Positions 1 through 13,350 of a DNA stretch of 64,000 nucleotides are shown one piece after another (within the stretch, counting starts at the first letter, position 1; each line of letters opens with the position of its first letter). A program made the translations under genes and the position numbers. The stretch lies in NCBI GenBank assembly GCA_951406725.2, contig OX597824.1:77066001-77130000 (forward strand). Direction: 5' to 3'. The notes beneath the pieces are model-generated. The model did not search any database. It saw only the letters and a list, made by a program, of their open reading frames with translations, and was not told the DNA's origin. Origin of the DNA: Octopus vulgaris (Eukaryota).

Positions 1-510
1 TTTTTCCTCTTATCTTACCTTTCTCATCAACCACCGAGCAGCTGGGATTTCACTTCTCTCGCCACCAGCAACCACAGACATGCTTATATTTATTATCTTT
101 CATCTTCCATCACTTGCACATTGCTCTCCTTCAGTATCTCCATATTTTTTCAAAGCCTTTTTATATGTTTTGTCGCCACTGCCACCTCCCCTCCTCCCTC
201 CTCTCCTTCCCTCTCCTACATCTCCCTTTGTCACCTTTCTCCTCCACCTTCTCGCCTTATCACATTCCTTCTCTTTCTTCTCTTCCTTTTCCTCATCATT
301 TTCTTCCTCCTCCTTCACTTCCTCTCTCCACTTCACTCCTCCTCTCACCCCTTTTCTCTTCCTTCTCTTCCTATTACCACCCCAACCCCCTCCCACCCTT
401 TCCCCTCCCACAAATTTCCTTCCCTCTACTTTTCATTCTTTCCTCTTCCTTATTATTCTTCATTCCCAGCTCCCCATCCTCTTCTTTTTCATTCCTCCTA
501 CCCACCAAAT
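1..510. repeat. Polypyrimidine/polypurine low-complexity tract
   Basis: About 500 nt dominated by C/T on +; explains ORFs 80-616, 100-411, 114-563 and 121-705. Confidence 0.85.
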
Positions 511-522
511 TTCTACATATTC

Positions 523-564
<42 letters not shown>

Positions 565-726
565 AAATCACTACTACTACTACTACTACACTGGTGGATT
601 TGGCAGAATCGGTTAAGACATCAGACAAATACCTTTCTCCAATATAAAGGTTCAAATTCTGCCAAAAGGTCAACATCACATTGCTTCTCTCATCCTCTCT
701 TTTGAAATTAATTTCATCTTTAAGAA

Positions 727-757
<31 letters not shown>

Positions 758-759
<2 letters not shown>

Positions 760-1080
760 ATCACTCCGTCAGTTATGACAACAAGGGTCCCAGATGATAC
801 GATCAATGAAACAGCTTCTTCCTCATGAAATTAACATGCAAGTGGCTGAGCTTTCCACAGACACATGTACCCTTAACGTAGTTCGCAAGGAGATTCAGCC
901 TGACACAGGGTATGACAAGGCTGGCCCTTTGAAATACAAGTAATACTCATTTTTACCAGCTGAATGGACTGGAGCAGCATGAAATAAAGTGTCTTGCTCA
1001 AGGACACTACTTGTTGCCAGGAATTGAACTCATGACCTTATGATCATGAGATGCATACCTTAACCACTAAGCCATGCACC
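758..1080 (-). mobile_element. tRNA-derived SINE, family C (Nin/Deu-like central domain)
   Basis: Minus strand starts with tRNA-like A box (ggcttagtggttaagg) and B box (gagttcaattcc), then gtccttgagcaagacactttatttc and gaactacgttaagggtac; domain name assigned from memory. Confidence 0.7.
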
Positions 1081-1098
1081 CTCACACACACACACATA

Positions 1099-1381
1099 TC
1101 TATTATATAAAATCCGTTCTGTCTGTCTGTCTGTGTGTGTGTCTTCTAGGATCTTGAGCATCCTCCATCCAATTGCGCTCAAATTTGATATGTAGATACA
1201 AACAGTATCAGGGCATGTATAAGTCTTGAAAAAATTACAAAAGTCGATTCCAGGTGAGAATGCGATCGATAAAGCCGTTTTTGTCCTGCTTTTCTTCCGT
1301 CAATTTGTACATAACTGCACCTTCCATTTTTTGTTGATTTTGTACTGCTTAAAGGCACGTTTCTTTCCTGTCAAGCTTACT
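1099..1381 (+). mobile_element. Non-autonomous Helitron-like element (5' TC terminus)
   Basis: a|TCtattatataaaatcc followed by (tctg)n, a typical Helitron 5' end; near-identical inverted copy at 9459-9737. Confidence 0.6.
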
Positions 1382-1785
1382 GTTTAGACCATGTTTCTGT
1401 TCTCCCAGTCAACAGCCTTATCATCACTGGTACTTTAAACTCTTCGGTTGCATATTTGTGTGGATAAAATCATTTTTCTTTGGAATAGTAAAAAAGTCTA
1501 TCTTTATTTCTTCTTTTGCTGGTGTCTCAAATTTAGGTTAAATCAGTGTTTCTCAAAGGGGAGTCTATGGAATGGTCGGACAAGTTGTTTGAGAAAATTT
1601 GGTTTAAATGTTTGACAACTCAGCACCGTCCATTGGATGGAGGGGCGTTTTGCTCGTATATATATATAGTTGAAAAAGGGTTAAGATTCCATACACATAA
1701 AGAAAATTATAGTTAAAGAAAGTAAAAAGTAAATAAAGTTTGAAAGTCACAGAAGTTTTATTTTTGAGAATGTTTAATATTTTTG

Positions 1786-1830
<45 letters not shown>

Positions 1831-1969
1831 CATACATATACATATATATATAAACCCAGAATGACTGAGTTACAGCAGCCATGTCCTATGGGCAACATGC
1901 CAATGAATTCAACACAACCTGCCACGACCATCACCCCTACCACCTTCACCGGAGACATTAAGTAATATA

Positions 1970-2070
1970 AACATGTACCAAACATAGTTCATGACAACAA
2001 GGCTGTCTAGAATGACAAGGAGATTAGGATAAACCATCCAGATGTAATTATCAGCTCCTACAGATAATAA
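1970..2070 (+). pseudogene. Possible degenerate R4/Dong-type non-LTR retrotransposon RLE fragment
   Basis: Translates YKHVPNIVHDNKAV*NDKEIRINHPDVII, resembling the DxxIxxNRPDIVV restriction-like endonuclease motif. Confidence 0.35.
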
Positions 2071-2715
2071 GATAGCCCCTACTTTCTCAATCCTGCTACA
2101 ACACAGGCTTGTTTATTTAACCATCTTCCATTTCATGTTGTATTGTTATTTAACATGTTTGCTGTGTGTATTTTTTTTCTTTTTGCATGTGTGTGTGAGT
2201 GTGTGTGTCTCATCTCACATTCTGTCACTTTGTACATTTGGAAATGCATCTATTATTATTACGGCTGTTTTGTCCCCCCCCGCTTCCTCACCTACTCCGC
2301 CACCACTACTTCCACCACAACCAACCAAAGATGATGTCTCGTGCAACATTTATGTGCAGAAACACAGTAAGAGTTAATGGCTTATGGCTTCAGTCAAATA
2401 AATAAGTTATACTTTAACGCTTCTGTTGAATGCTTCATAAACACACAAACAGACACACCATGCATACATATATATATGCACATACAGACACACATATGCA
2501 AGCACAGACTTACACATGCCTATACAGTTATGGTTTTGTGGTAAAGAAGTTTGCTTTGCAAATGTGGTTTCAGGTTTTGTCACACTGCAGGATGTCTTGA
2601 GGTATCTTCTGTTATAACTTCTTTTGTATCCTGGCATGTGTATGTGTGTGAGTGAGTATGTATACACACACACATACAATATATATATATATATGAATAT
2701 ATATTTATGCGTGCT

Positions 2716-3009
2716 TATCAAGCCTAGCCAGGCTCATGGGTTCGCTTTTCCGGTTTCTATGGCATGTGTGTTCCCCCCAGCTGGACGGGACACCAATCCA
2801 TCGCAGCGTTACCCAAGAGACAGGAAGAGAGAGTGAGAGAAAGTTGTGGTGAAAGAGTACAACAGAGGTCACCACCACCCCCTGCCGGATTCTTGTGGAG
2901 CTTTTAGGTGTTTTGGCTCAATAAATGCACACAACGCCCGGTGTGGGAATCAAAACCACGATCCTCCAACCACGAGTCCACTGCCCTAACCACTGGGCCA
3001 TTGTGCCTC
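2716..3009 (-). mobile_element. tRNA-derived SINE, family B
   Basis: Reverse-complement match to the full copy at 20229-20527 (tggcccagtggttagggcag head, gaaaccggga...catgagcctggctaggcttg tail). Confidence 0.85.
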
Positions 3010-3039
3010 CACACACACACACACACATATATATATTCT

Positions 3040-3392
3040 TTTATTCTTTTATTTGTTTCTGCCATGGTGGAACACCACCTTTAATTGAACAAATCAACCC
3101 TAGGACTTATTCTACTGGTCTCTTTTGCTGAACTGCTAAGCTATGGGGACATAAACACACCAACATTGGTTGTCAAGTGATGGTGGGGGGACAAACACAG
3201 ACACATACACACACACACACACACGTATATATATGATGGGCTTCTTTCAGTTTCCATCTACAAAATCCACTCACAAAGTTTTGATCGACTCAAGGCTATA
3301 ATAGAAGACACTTGCCCAGAGAGCCACACAGTGGGATTGAACCTGGAACCATATGATTGGTAAGCAAGCTACTTACTACACAGCCATTCCTA
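3040..3392 (-). mobile_element. tRNA-derived SINE, family A
   Basis: Reverse complement of gtggctgtgtggtaagtagcttgcttacc...ttgggcaagtgtcttctactatagcc...gaaacaa. Confidence 0.85.
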
Positions 3393-3911
3393 TATATATA
3401 TATACTCTTTTACTTGTTTCAGTCATTTGACTGTGGCCATGCTTGAGCACCGCCTTTAGTCGAGCAATCGACCCCAGGACTTATTCTTTGGTGCCAAGCT
3501 GCATCAGCCTTTGCTTTTCCCTTGGATAACATCGGTGGTGTGGAGAGGAGAGACTGTATGCACAGGTAACGGCTGGTCTTCCACAAACGACATTGCCTGG
3601 ACTTGTGCCTTGGAGGTGAACTTTCTAGGTGCAATCTCATGGTCCTTCATGCCCAAAGGGGTTTTTACTTTTTTACTTTTTTTTTTATATGTTATCAACG
3701 AAACACATCAAACATATAAATATCTGTGTTAGGGTTCAATGAGTTCATTATCGAAATCCTCTATGAACTCTTCTATTGAAATAGCACATGTAGATAATAT
3801 AGATCATGATCACTTTCTCTTATAATCTAGACTTTATCACAACAGATAATAGCTCTTACGTATGTTTTGAGTGCTCCTTTTGACTACCCCTCTTACATTA
3901 TGTTGCTATTA

Positions 3912-4381
3912 TCTATCTATATCTATAAACAGTCCTTGGACGAAAATTGTATGCACATTTTGCTTTGACGGTTAATGACGGCCAAACCGAGGCTAGGATC
4001 GAGCTGAAAATTGGCAGGGATACTAAATGCGTGGTGAGGATGAGACCCACGATGGTTAAAATTCGCAAGCTATAAAGATGTGGTTGCTATGGCAAAAAGA
4101 GTGATTTTTTTTATTGTTTCAAGGGCGCCCAGAACCCTTCTAGGTTTGTGCGATTGGCTTTTAATGCCCAGCGGCATGCACTGCAGGCTGTTGTGTTTAA
4201 TAAACATATATTTTGTCACGAAATTCTGGCTACTAGGAAACGACTTTTCATTGTGAAAAAGCGAGTGCTTTCTGCCCTCATTTTCTTTTTAATTCTTGAT
4301 AAAATTTTCATTTATTTAAAAATTCCTCATCTTTAAAATGTGGCCCGAGTATACCCGAATGAAATCGGGTTATAATACTAG
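3912..4381 (+). mobile_element. Complete non-autonomous Helitron (~470 bp)
   Basis: 5' a|TCtatctatatc; 3' hairpin acccga-atgaaa-tcgggt (4353-4370) followed by CTAG (4378-4381)|t; A/T insertion site, no TSD. Confidence 0.8.
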
Positions 4382-4501
4382 TTAAGATATGAAAGATGTT
4401 TGTCAGTAAAGAAATTATCAACTGGACAATTGAATTATTGGTATATGTTTTGTGCATACATGTTGATATAAATGTATTTGTGTGTATAGATGTGTGTGTG
4501 A

Positions 4502-4818
4502 CGGCACATGCCTCAGTGGTTAGAGAGTTGGGCTTGCAATCATGAGGTAGTGAGTCTAATTCTTGGACCGGGCTGTACGTTATGTCCTTGAGCAAGACAC
4601 TTGATTTCACATAGTTCCAGTTCACTCAGCTGTAGAAATGAAGTCACTGGTCTCAGCCTTTGCCTTTTCCTTAGATAACATCAGTGGCATGGAGAGGGAA
4701 GGCTGGTATCCATGGAAAACTGCTGGTCTTTCTTAAACGACCTTGCATGGACTTGTGTCTTGGAGGGGAACTTTCTAGATGCAATCTCATTGTCATTCTT
4801 GACTCAAAGGGGTCTTTT
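4502..4818 (+). mobile_element. tRNA-derived SINE, family F
   Basis: tRNA head (gcctcagtggttagag), gtccttgagcaagacact, then a 3' region shared with 3490-3665 (+) and 43795-44090 (-). Confidence 0.75.
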
Positions 4819-5126
4819 CTTATACATGTGTGTGAACATGTGTAATGTATACATACATGTTCATACTTGCAGATGATATTCTAAACATTAATTCTGTCTA
4901 TGTATGTATATTTACATGTCTATAGAAATAATGTACTTGTGTTATTCATATATATATGACAGGCTTCATATAGTTTCCATTAACCAAATTTATTCACAAG
5001 GCATTGAGAGGCCGTGTGCTTCAGTAGAAGGCACTTGCTATTGGTGTCACACTGTGGAACTGAACCCAGAACTGTGTTTATGAAGCAAAAGCTTCTTAAC
5101 CATACAGCTATCCTGTACCAACAGAT

Positions 5127-5485
<359 letters not shown>

Positions 5486-5650
5486 CAAAATATATGAATT
5501 ATCCTTATCACCTTTTTAAACTCTCCCTGTTTGCATATGTGTGATGATACTTCATTGTGCAAAATTTTCTACAGCACTATGCCCTTTCTGATGTCAACCC
5601 TTGTTTATTTCCATGAGCTAATCATCCCCCAATTCCTCAAACAAGGAAAT

Positions 5651-6214
5651 TGGTAAAGACTTCCGTCCCCTCCACCCCATCATTTTCTCCCAAATTTATT
5701 TATTTAAAAATTTTTTTTTGTGAAAATCCCCGTTTTTGGATATGGAGGTTATGGAAAATTGCCCAAAATCAGCCTTGTAAAAAATCCTCTCCACTTTTCC
5801 CCCACAACTTCTTCAATTTTGACTTTTTTTCACAACACTAACCCTAAAACTGTAACCCTAAAACCGTAACCATAAGTACAGAAATGTTTTGAAATTTTTG
5901 TCCGAATAATGATGTCCGTATTTTTCCGCACATTTAGAAAAGAAAATTTTCTTTAAAAAATTTTACAAAGATTTTTGGAAATTTTTTTCAGAATCATAAT
6001 TTCCGTATCTTTCCACATATTTTTGGAGAGAAAAAATTCTAAAAAAGGTTAAAAATAAAGGAAATGGGGGTGGGGGGTAATTTTAAAATGTCGATTTTTG
6101 CCATTTTTTTGCAGATTCGTATTCCCCGTAGCCGAAAAGGGGTGGGGGTGTAAAAAAGTTTTAAAAACGGGTGGGGTTGTTTTGGGGGGTGGGGGACGGG
6201 CGGGAGTCTTTCCA
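5651..6214. mobile_element. Non-autonomous TIR DNA transposon with internal telomere-like motifs
   Basis: Imperfect TIRs tggtaaagacttccgtcccc / ggggacgggcgggagtctttcca; taaccctaaaac repeats at 5839-5872. Confidence 0.6.
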
Positions 6215-6814
6215 GAAAATGACTGCAAAGAAGCAATGCTGTCTGAGCAGCAACAGTCTTGTTTACACTCAGCCCACAAATGTCAAAATGTGTTGCAACA
6301 TGCTCTCAGTGACATGTGTGCGCACGCACACACACACAGACAGACACACACACACAGACACACACACACACACAGACACACACATGCACACCTACATTAT
6401 AATCATCATCATCATCATTAACATCATTGTTTCAGCATACACTTTCTCGTGCTTGCATGGGTTGGATGGAATTTTGTTAGGGCAAATTTTCAATGGTTGG
6501 ATGCCCTTCCTGTGACCAACTCTTACTTGTTTCCTGGCAAGTTATATATCTCCATGGCCAACATGTTTCCATAGAATATTATTAGATATGAACGAGGCAC
6601 TGTTTTGTATGACAACAACTGTCATTTACACCTGTTACACAATGTCAAAACAAGGAAATACAGACATACACACACTATCTTTCACATATACACACAAACT
6701 TACACATATGACCTGTAGCAAAGTGGAGAAAGCTTTGAAGGTGGTAAAAGTATAACATGTAAAACTAAGTGAATAAAATAATAATGAAAAATTCTAGTGT
6801 CTTTTGGGTACTCC

Positions 6815-6849
<35 letters not shown>

Positions 6850-6852
<3 letters not shown>

Positions 6853-7092
6853 TGGCACGTAAAAGGCACCATCCGTTCGTGGCCGTTGCCAGCCTCGTCT
6901 GGCATGTAAAAAGCACCCACTACACCCATGGAGTGGTTGGCGTTAGGAAGGGCATCAAGCCGTAGAAACATTGCCAGATCAAACTGGGCCTGGTGCAGCC
7001 TTCCGGCTTCCCAGACCCCAGTTGAACCGTCCAACCCATGCTAGCGTGGAAAGCAGACGCTAAATGATGATGATGATGATGATGATGATGAT
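6850..7092 (+). mobile_element. (ATG)n-tailed SINE-like repeat, family E
   Basis: taaaaagcacccactacac...gttggcgttaggaagggcatc...aacccatgctagc...(gat)n tail; more than 15 further copies or fragments in the window. Confidence 0.85.
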
Positions 7093-7465
7093 AGGTGCGG
7101 GAATGGCTGTGTGATAAGTAGCTTGCTTACCAAACACATGGTTCGAGGTTCAGTCCCACTGTGTGACACGTTGGGCAAGTGTCTTCTACTATAGCCTTGA
7201 GCTGACCAGAGTCTTGTGAGTGGATTTGGTAGACAGAAACTGAAAGAAACCCGTCATATATATATGTGTGTGTGTGTGAGTGTTTGTGTGTGTGAGTGTG
7301 TCTGTTTCTGTCCCCACCATCACTCGACAACCGATGTTGGTGTGTTTATATCCCTGTAACTTAGCGGTTCGGCAGAAGAGTCCAACAGAATAAGTACCTG
7401 GTTTACAAAGAATAAGTCCTGGGGTCAATTTGTTTGACTAAATGACTGAAACAAATAAAAGAATA
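7093..7465 (+). mobile_element. tRNA-derived SINE, family A
   Basis: Head, internal (TG)n and gactgaaacaa tail all present. Confidence 0.85.
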
Positions 7466-7996
7466 TTTATATATATATATATACAACAGGCTTGTTTCAG
7501 TTACTGCCTACCAAATCCACTCCAAGAATTTGTTTGGTCTGGTGCTACAGTAGAAAACAATTACCCATGTTGTGATGCTATGGGACTCAACCCAAAACCA
7601 TGTAGCCGAGAGGCAAACTTCTTAACCACGTAGCCATGCAAATAAAATGCTTCTTCCAGTTTCCTTCTATCAATTTCACTTATAAGTTATTGGCCAATCT
7701 ACAGTTACATTCGAGGAAACCAGTTAGCAGTGTCCATGCAATGAGATTGAACTCCTAATCACATGGTTACAAGGTGGACCACAGATTCCTGATGTAAATA
7801 TAAACAATGTAGTTAGTTAAAAGCTGCTACTTGTTTTTTTCTTTTCTTTTTTTTTTTTCTTTTTCTTAATTTTTGTGATGTAAAACACAAACGATTTCAA
7901 TACCCGGAAACAAGATGTCTAATGAAGCACTGAATGTTCATAAACAGAAATACATTTAGAGATCAACCAGAAAATAAAACAATATATTAAACTTAC

Positions 7997-8022
7997 AGTT
8001 TTAGAGTATTTTCCTCCAACTA
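7997..8022 (-). CDS. Candidate micro-exon (xVGGKYSKT), unidentified gene
   Basis: ctctcgtttatag|...|gtaagt; one open frame, phase 1 to 0; NAGNAG alternative acceptor. Confidence 0.4.
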
Positions 8023-8101
8023 CTATAAACGAGAGTTTACAAAGCTACTATTGAACACCAAACCAAATTGTTGGTATATATATATATATAAACATACTCA
8101 C

Positions 8102-8116
8102 GTGCAAGCAAATCAT
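8102..8116 (-). CDS. Candidate 15-nt micro-exon (xDLLA)
   Basis: catatag|ATGATTTGCTTGCAC|gtgagt; phase 1-1, joins 8022-7997 across a 79-nt intron; acceptor lies in (TA)n. Confidence 0.25.
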
Positions 8117-8117
8117 C

Positions 8118-8156
<39 letters not shown>

Positions 8157-8540
8157 TGTGTATATGTGTGTAAGTACACGTTCCAATTTATCTATTTTTA
8201 CATATTTATTTATTGATATTTAAACAGATATGACCACATAGATATGTAATTCCTTGTCTATGTTCGCAATAAAGTACATGTATATTTGTATGTGTATGTT
8301 TGTATGTGTACATGTATATTTGTATGTGTGTGTTTGTTTGTCTGTGTTTATACGGACGGACACATATCTAAAGGTACATAGTGCTTAATGAATGTAAGGT
8401 ATGAGATTGCAGTCTTAACGTCATGTTTACATTCGTACATACATTAGACTCTACGCACTTCTAATAGAAGCTGGTATTGATTGAATTTTTTATGTTTTGT
8501 CTATGATTAAACTTGATACACACACACAGACACACACACA

Positions 8541-8579
<39 letters not shown>

Positions 8580-9019
8580 GTATAAACATTCATGCATACA
8601 AAAATACATATATTTACACCTATACACATACGCACATGTACATTCAGAACTAAATGAATCAAACACGAGATGTGACATCAACATTTAAATTAGTATTTAA
8701 AAATTTTAATTGCTGAGTTAATGCTCCAAAATGATAAGAAATGTACATGTGTGTGTTTGTGTAGATATGTATATGTGTACCTACATGCATGCATATATAT
8801 ATATATATGTATGTATGTATTTATATTATAATACATAATGTTATTTAAGAAAATGGGAGCTAGATAAGGGGAAACTGGATCTGGGGTCAGAGATAAATAG
8901 ATCAAAAATGAGTGAAAGGTAGAGATAGGGCTCTTTCGTGATAGGATGTCACTTTAAATATAAACATTACTGCTTCAATTTTTATATTTCTATAATACAG
9001 ATGGATTATTCTTTTCCTT

Positions 9020-9390
9020 TATTCTTTTATTGGTTCCAGTCATTTGATTGTGGCCATGCTGGAGCACTGCCTTTAGTCGAGCAAATTGAAAGCCTAGTAC
9101 TTAGGTGTTTATGTACTTGCTAATTTACGGGGACGTAAACACACCAGCATCGGTTGTCAAGCGATGTTGGGGATGCACAAACACGGACACACAAAACATA
9201 TACACACACATACATACATATATATATATATATATATGACAGGCTTCTTTCAGTTTCTGTCTACCAAATCCACTCACAAGGCTTCGGTCAGCCCGAAGCT
9301 ATAGTAGAAGACACTTGCCCAAGGTGCCACGCAGTGGGACTGAAGCCAGAACCACGTGATTGGTAAGCAAGTTTCTTACCACACAGCCAC
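9020..9390 (-). mobile_element. tRNA-derived SINE, family A
   Basis: Reverse-complement match to family A. Confidence 0.85.
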
Positions 9391-9458
9391 TCGTTCATGA
9401 AATTAAGATGCATGTGGCTGGGTACTCCACAGACACATGTAACCTTAATGTAGTTCTC

Positions 9459-9737
9459 AGTAAGCTTCGCAGGAAAGAAACGTGTCTTTAAGCAGTACCT
9501 AAACAACAAAAAATGGAAGGTGCAGTTATGTACATGTTGATGGAGGAAAAGCAGGACAAAAACTGCTTTATTGATCGCATTCTCACCTGGAATCGCTTTT
9601 TGCAATTTTTTCAAGACTTATACATGCCCAGATACCATCAGTATCTACATATCAAATTTGAGCGCAATCGGATGAAGGATGCCCAAGATCCTAGAAGACA
9701 TACACACAGACAGACAGAATGGATTTTATATAATAGA
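9459..9737 (-). mobile_element. Helitron-like element, inverted copy of 1099-1381
   Basis: Aligns end to end with 1099-1381. Confidence 0.6.
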
Positions 9738-9939
9738 TATATATAATTTATATTGTAGGTAAGGTTAAAATCCAAGCTGTATCCTTTTGAAGAACATCTG
9801 TATATTTCAGTTTTATAATTCTGTATGTAGTTATATTTATGTGAGGTATGCATATGAGTTGAAAATTTTGGAAATATCGTTCACAGAATAACCATATATC
9901 AGAAAAGAAGGCTGGAAGTTTTTGGTATTATTTATTCAC

Positions 9940-9957
9940 CATTACATGTCTCATTTG
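9940..9957 (-). CDS. Candidate 18-nt micro-exon (xNETCN)
   Basis: ttttgtaactcctgttag|CAAATGAGACATGTAATG|gtgaat; phase 1-1. Confidence 0.25.
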
Positions 9958-11276
9958 CTAACAGGAGTTACAAAATTGTACAAGTAGGATAAACATGTAA
10001 AAAACCTCTTATTAGAAAGGAACATTAACTATAACATAAAGGGATCCATGATAATGGATCACTTTATGCATCATTACACAATACTTTTAATTTTAAATGC
10101 AATCTTTGCTTTGAGGAAAAGTATCACATAATTACTTCCAAATTAGAGGTATTAAATTGTAAAAATAATTTTACATTAAAATGTTCTCATAAATATACAA
10201 AAGCGTTTAAACTTTTCAACAGTAAATTACCCATAAATTATAATTGCCTTTCCTATAATCTAATATGCATAATTTTTCTAAAATGTTTTTTACCATTGAT
10301 AGATAATTAATTATCATGACAAAGAATTTTATGTTAATTTTTCATTCTTTCACTATCATCTAGAAGTTGAATACTAAACTGGCTTTTCTGAGAATATTCT
10401 TTTTGGATGTGTTTATCGAACAGAGATATTTTCTTAGGTCACTTTGGATTTGACCTATTTTGGATTGCCTTAATATAATGTTGTGTTAGCATATACTTTT
10501 GGATATATCAATTTGACTGGATTATTTCTCCTATTTTGTATATCTAAATATGCTAGCACAATAGAAATAATCATCAGTAATGTGTGGTGTAATGATCAAT
10601 TAAATATGTAACATTCTTCATTCTTGTTCTTGTTGACTTGTACATAGAATTTCTTGAAATTCTTTCCAGTAATATTTAGATTTACTTGTCACACATAACA
10701 AATTATCTTGGATATTAATTCTACCTGAATTTATTGGTATCTAATTGTTTGATATAATTAACCAAATTCATTTAACACAGTGCTTTATAGATATCTGCCT
10801 GGATTTATTAATCCTTTTTAATTCTTTCATATATATATGTATAAATGTGTATGTGTGTGTGTGTACACACACCCATACACACACATATATACACATGCAT
10901 TTGGCTGATGCCAGTGTTGCATGCTTGGCCTCACAGAGGCAGTAGCAAGTGAATGAGACCTTTTGACAAGTGACTGAGACTTTGGACTAGTGACTGAAAC
11001 TTTTGGACGAGTGACCGATACTTTGGTAATGTGCTTGAGAAGACCTATCAAGCCAAGAGAGATTGTAGTCATGGCTGATGCTGGTGTTTAGTAACTAGCA
11101 TGTAAAAAGCACTCACTATAATCATGGAGTGGTTGGCATTAGGGAGGGCATCCAGCAGTAGAAATCATGCCAAATCCGGCTGAAAATTCGTGCAGCTCCT
11201 CAGCTTACCAGTTTTCAGTCAACCCGTCCAACCCATGCCAACATGGAAAATATAATGAGGATGATGATGATGATGA

Positions 11277-11333
<57 letters not shown>

Positions 11334-11347
11334 CTATCTATCATCTA

Positions 11348-11382
<35 letters not shown>

Positions 11383-11387
<5 letters not shown>

Positions 11388-11535
11388 GAATTTACAAAAA
11401 AAAAAAAATGAAGGCAGGTGTGTAAACAACAAACAGATATATTAGTTTAATGCTTGGGAAGTGAGAAAGTCTTTTACATTTCAAGCATACACTCTTTGGC
11501 AGAAAGGAACACAGAAATAAACAGGGAGAGAAAAT
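11383..11535 (-). mobile_element. Penelope-like pLTR fragment with degenerate hammerhead motif
   Basis: Homologous to 27205-27390; cttt-ctgccaa-agagtgtatgctt-gaaa-tgt-a-aaag at 11471-11506. Confidence 0.55.
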
Positions 11536-11798
11536 GCACACACACACACCTATGTACATATATATACATACACACACACGCATATATATATATATATATA
11601 TATATATACTCACACACACACATACGCACACATATATATATTTGATACAAATAAGAAAATGGAGAAACAAATTTAGTTTGTTCATCAACTTTTAGATATT
11701 AGAATGTTGGATTATTTATTCATTTAACAAAATGAGAACCTCAGTATCATACATATATATCTTATAATTCAATACATATAAGATAAGAATACATATAC

Positions 11799-11857
<59 letters not shown>

Positions 11858-11873
11858 TATATAACGTTTCAGC

Positions 11874-12176
11874 TCAGTGTTCCAAGTTTAAAGAATTTAG
11901 ACTCGGTAGATACTTTCTTATGAAATGCATTTCCTTGCTAATGCATTCATTTTGGTTAGCATTGTCTTTGAATTTGTATAATGGAAAAGTTGTGAATTTA
12001 GGAAATTTGTTGGATGCACATTCATCTAGGTGTTGGCTGACAGGTATTTTCCTGTATTCCGGAATTCTAATTTGAGATTTGTGCACCGCCATCCTCTGAT
12101 GTAGGCTGTTTTTTGTTTGTCCAACATATTGCTGTTTGCATCCCAAGCATGTAATTAAGTAAATCAAGTTCTCATT
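11874..12176 (-). mobile_element. Penelope-like retroelement GIY-YIG endonuclease domain (5'-truncated)
   Basis: NLIYLITCLGCKQQYVGQT..LHQRMAVH..VSQHL..KEMHFI..PSLN: GIY-YIG motifs, catalytic R/E/N and the CxxC/H zinc ligands typical of Penelope endonucleases; no RT upstream. Confidence 0.9.
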
Positions 12177-13014
12177 TACAACCATCACATGGTGTCAGGA
12201 TAAAGGTACACACACACATGCACGCCCATCCAGCTGGGGGGGGGGGGTACACATACGCCACAGAAACCGGGAAACTGGGCCCATGAGCCTGGCTAGGCTT
12301 GAAAAGTACACATAAATAAATAAAATGCTTATATGTACACATGTATTCTTTTGTGTGTGTATGTATATGCACGTACATGTGTATGAATAAACATAAAATA
12401 TCTGTTTATTTTGCATTTATTTTTTCCACTGTAATTTTTTATGTCATATCTAACAAATAATTAAAATTAATTTTAATTAATTCTTGTTCTCTAAGAATAA
12501 TGAAAAAAAAATTAAATGCTGTTAGATTCACATAGTAAACATTTTCCAACACTGATATTTAATTTCTCATTATAAACAAAAATATATTTAGAATCTAGAA
12601 TAAAAAAGAATTTTCAGTAATTTGCATGGATTTTCAAAATTTCAAGTTGAACATTGATAGAATATTATTCCTGCATCAGGGGTGTTGTTTCTGTTATTTC
12701 TGCATGCAAAAACATAGAAGCCTATATCCAGAAAAAGACCACCCGACTGTTTCTGATTACCATGGAATCACACACCAACACATTCCAAGTCAAACAACAG
12801 CATCTTTGTGAGGGTGTTCACTGTGCTAAAAATAGCAGCCAAATCTTTCTTGATTTAATCCCTACTGTCTTACAAAAGTGGATGCATTGCATAATGTTGC
12901 CCAGTCTTTTGTGAACATAAGAAAAAGATAATTAGATCATGGTTGGAAAGAAAGCCTTTGCTCATAGGTCTTCTCAGACAAGGCTGACCTAGGGTTAAGC
13001 AACTACAGTAGTGA

Positions 13015-13262
13015 CACGTGGCTTAGTGGTAGTTAGGATGTTGGACTCATCATCATAAGATTGTGGCTTCAGTTCCTGGACTGGGTGACGCATTGTGTTC
13101 TTGAGCAAAACACTTCATTTCACATTGCTCCAGGCCACTCAGCTGGCAAAAATGAGTAATCCTTAATCCTATGACAGACCAGTGTCCTCTCCAGGTGGGG
13201 AATATATACACCATGTAAACTGGGAAACTGGCCCTTATGAGTTGGTATAACTCAAGAAGGTA
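13015..13262 (+). mobile_element. tRNA-derived SINE, family B/C hybrid type
   Basis: gtggcttagtgg head, ttgagcaaaacacttcatttcac, aaactgggaaactggccc tail; sister copy at 15850-16085. Confidence 0.7.
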
Positions 13263-13350
13263 ATCTCACCTAGAAGGTAACTAAGCAACTATAACAACTG
13301 CTTTTTCTAACACTACTATAGTGGCCAATACAGAGAGGAAAAGAAAGATA

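Noticed and set aside
80-705. Long ORFs on both strands (up to 194 aa)
   Set aside because: Translation of a polypyrimidine tract and (TA)n; no domain
5839-5872. Interstitial telomere
   Set aside because: Only 2-3 interrupted taaccc units inside a TIR element
9779-9787. U12-type donor GTATCCTTT on +
   Set aside because: About one such 9-mer is expected by chance in this much AT-rich DNA; no supporting plus-strand gene
12654-12914. 86-aa plus-strand ORF
   Set aside because: No recognisable motif; 3' part runs into a common degenerate repeat
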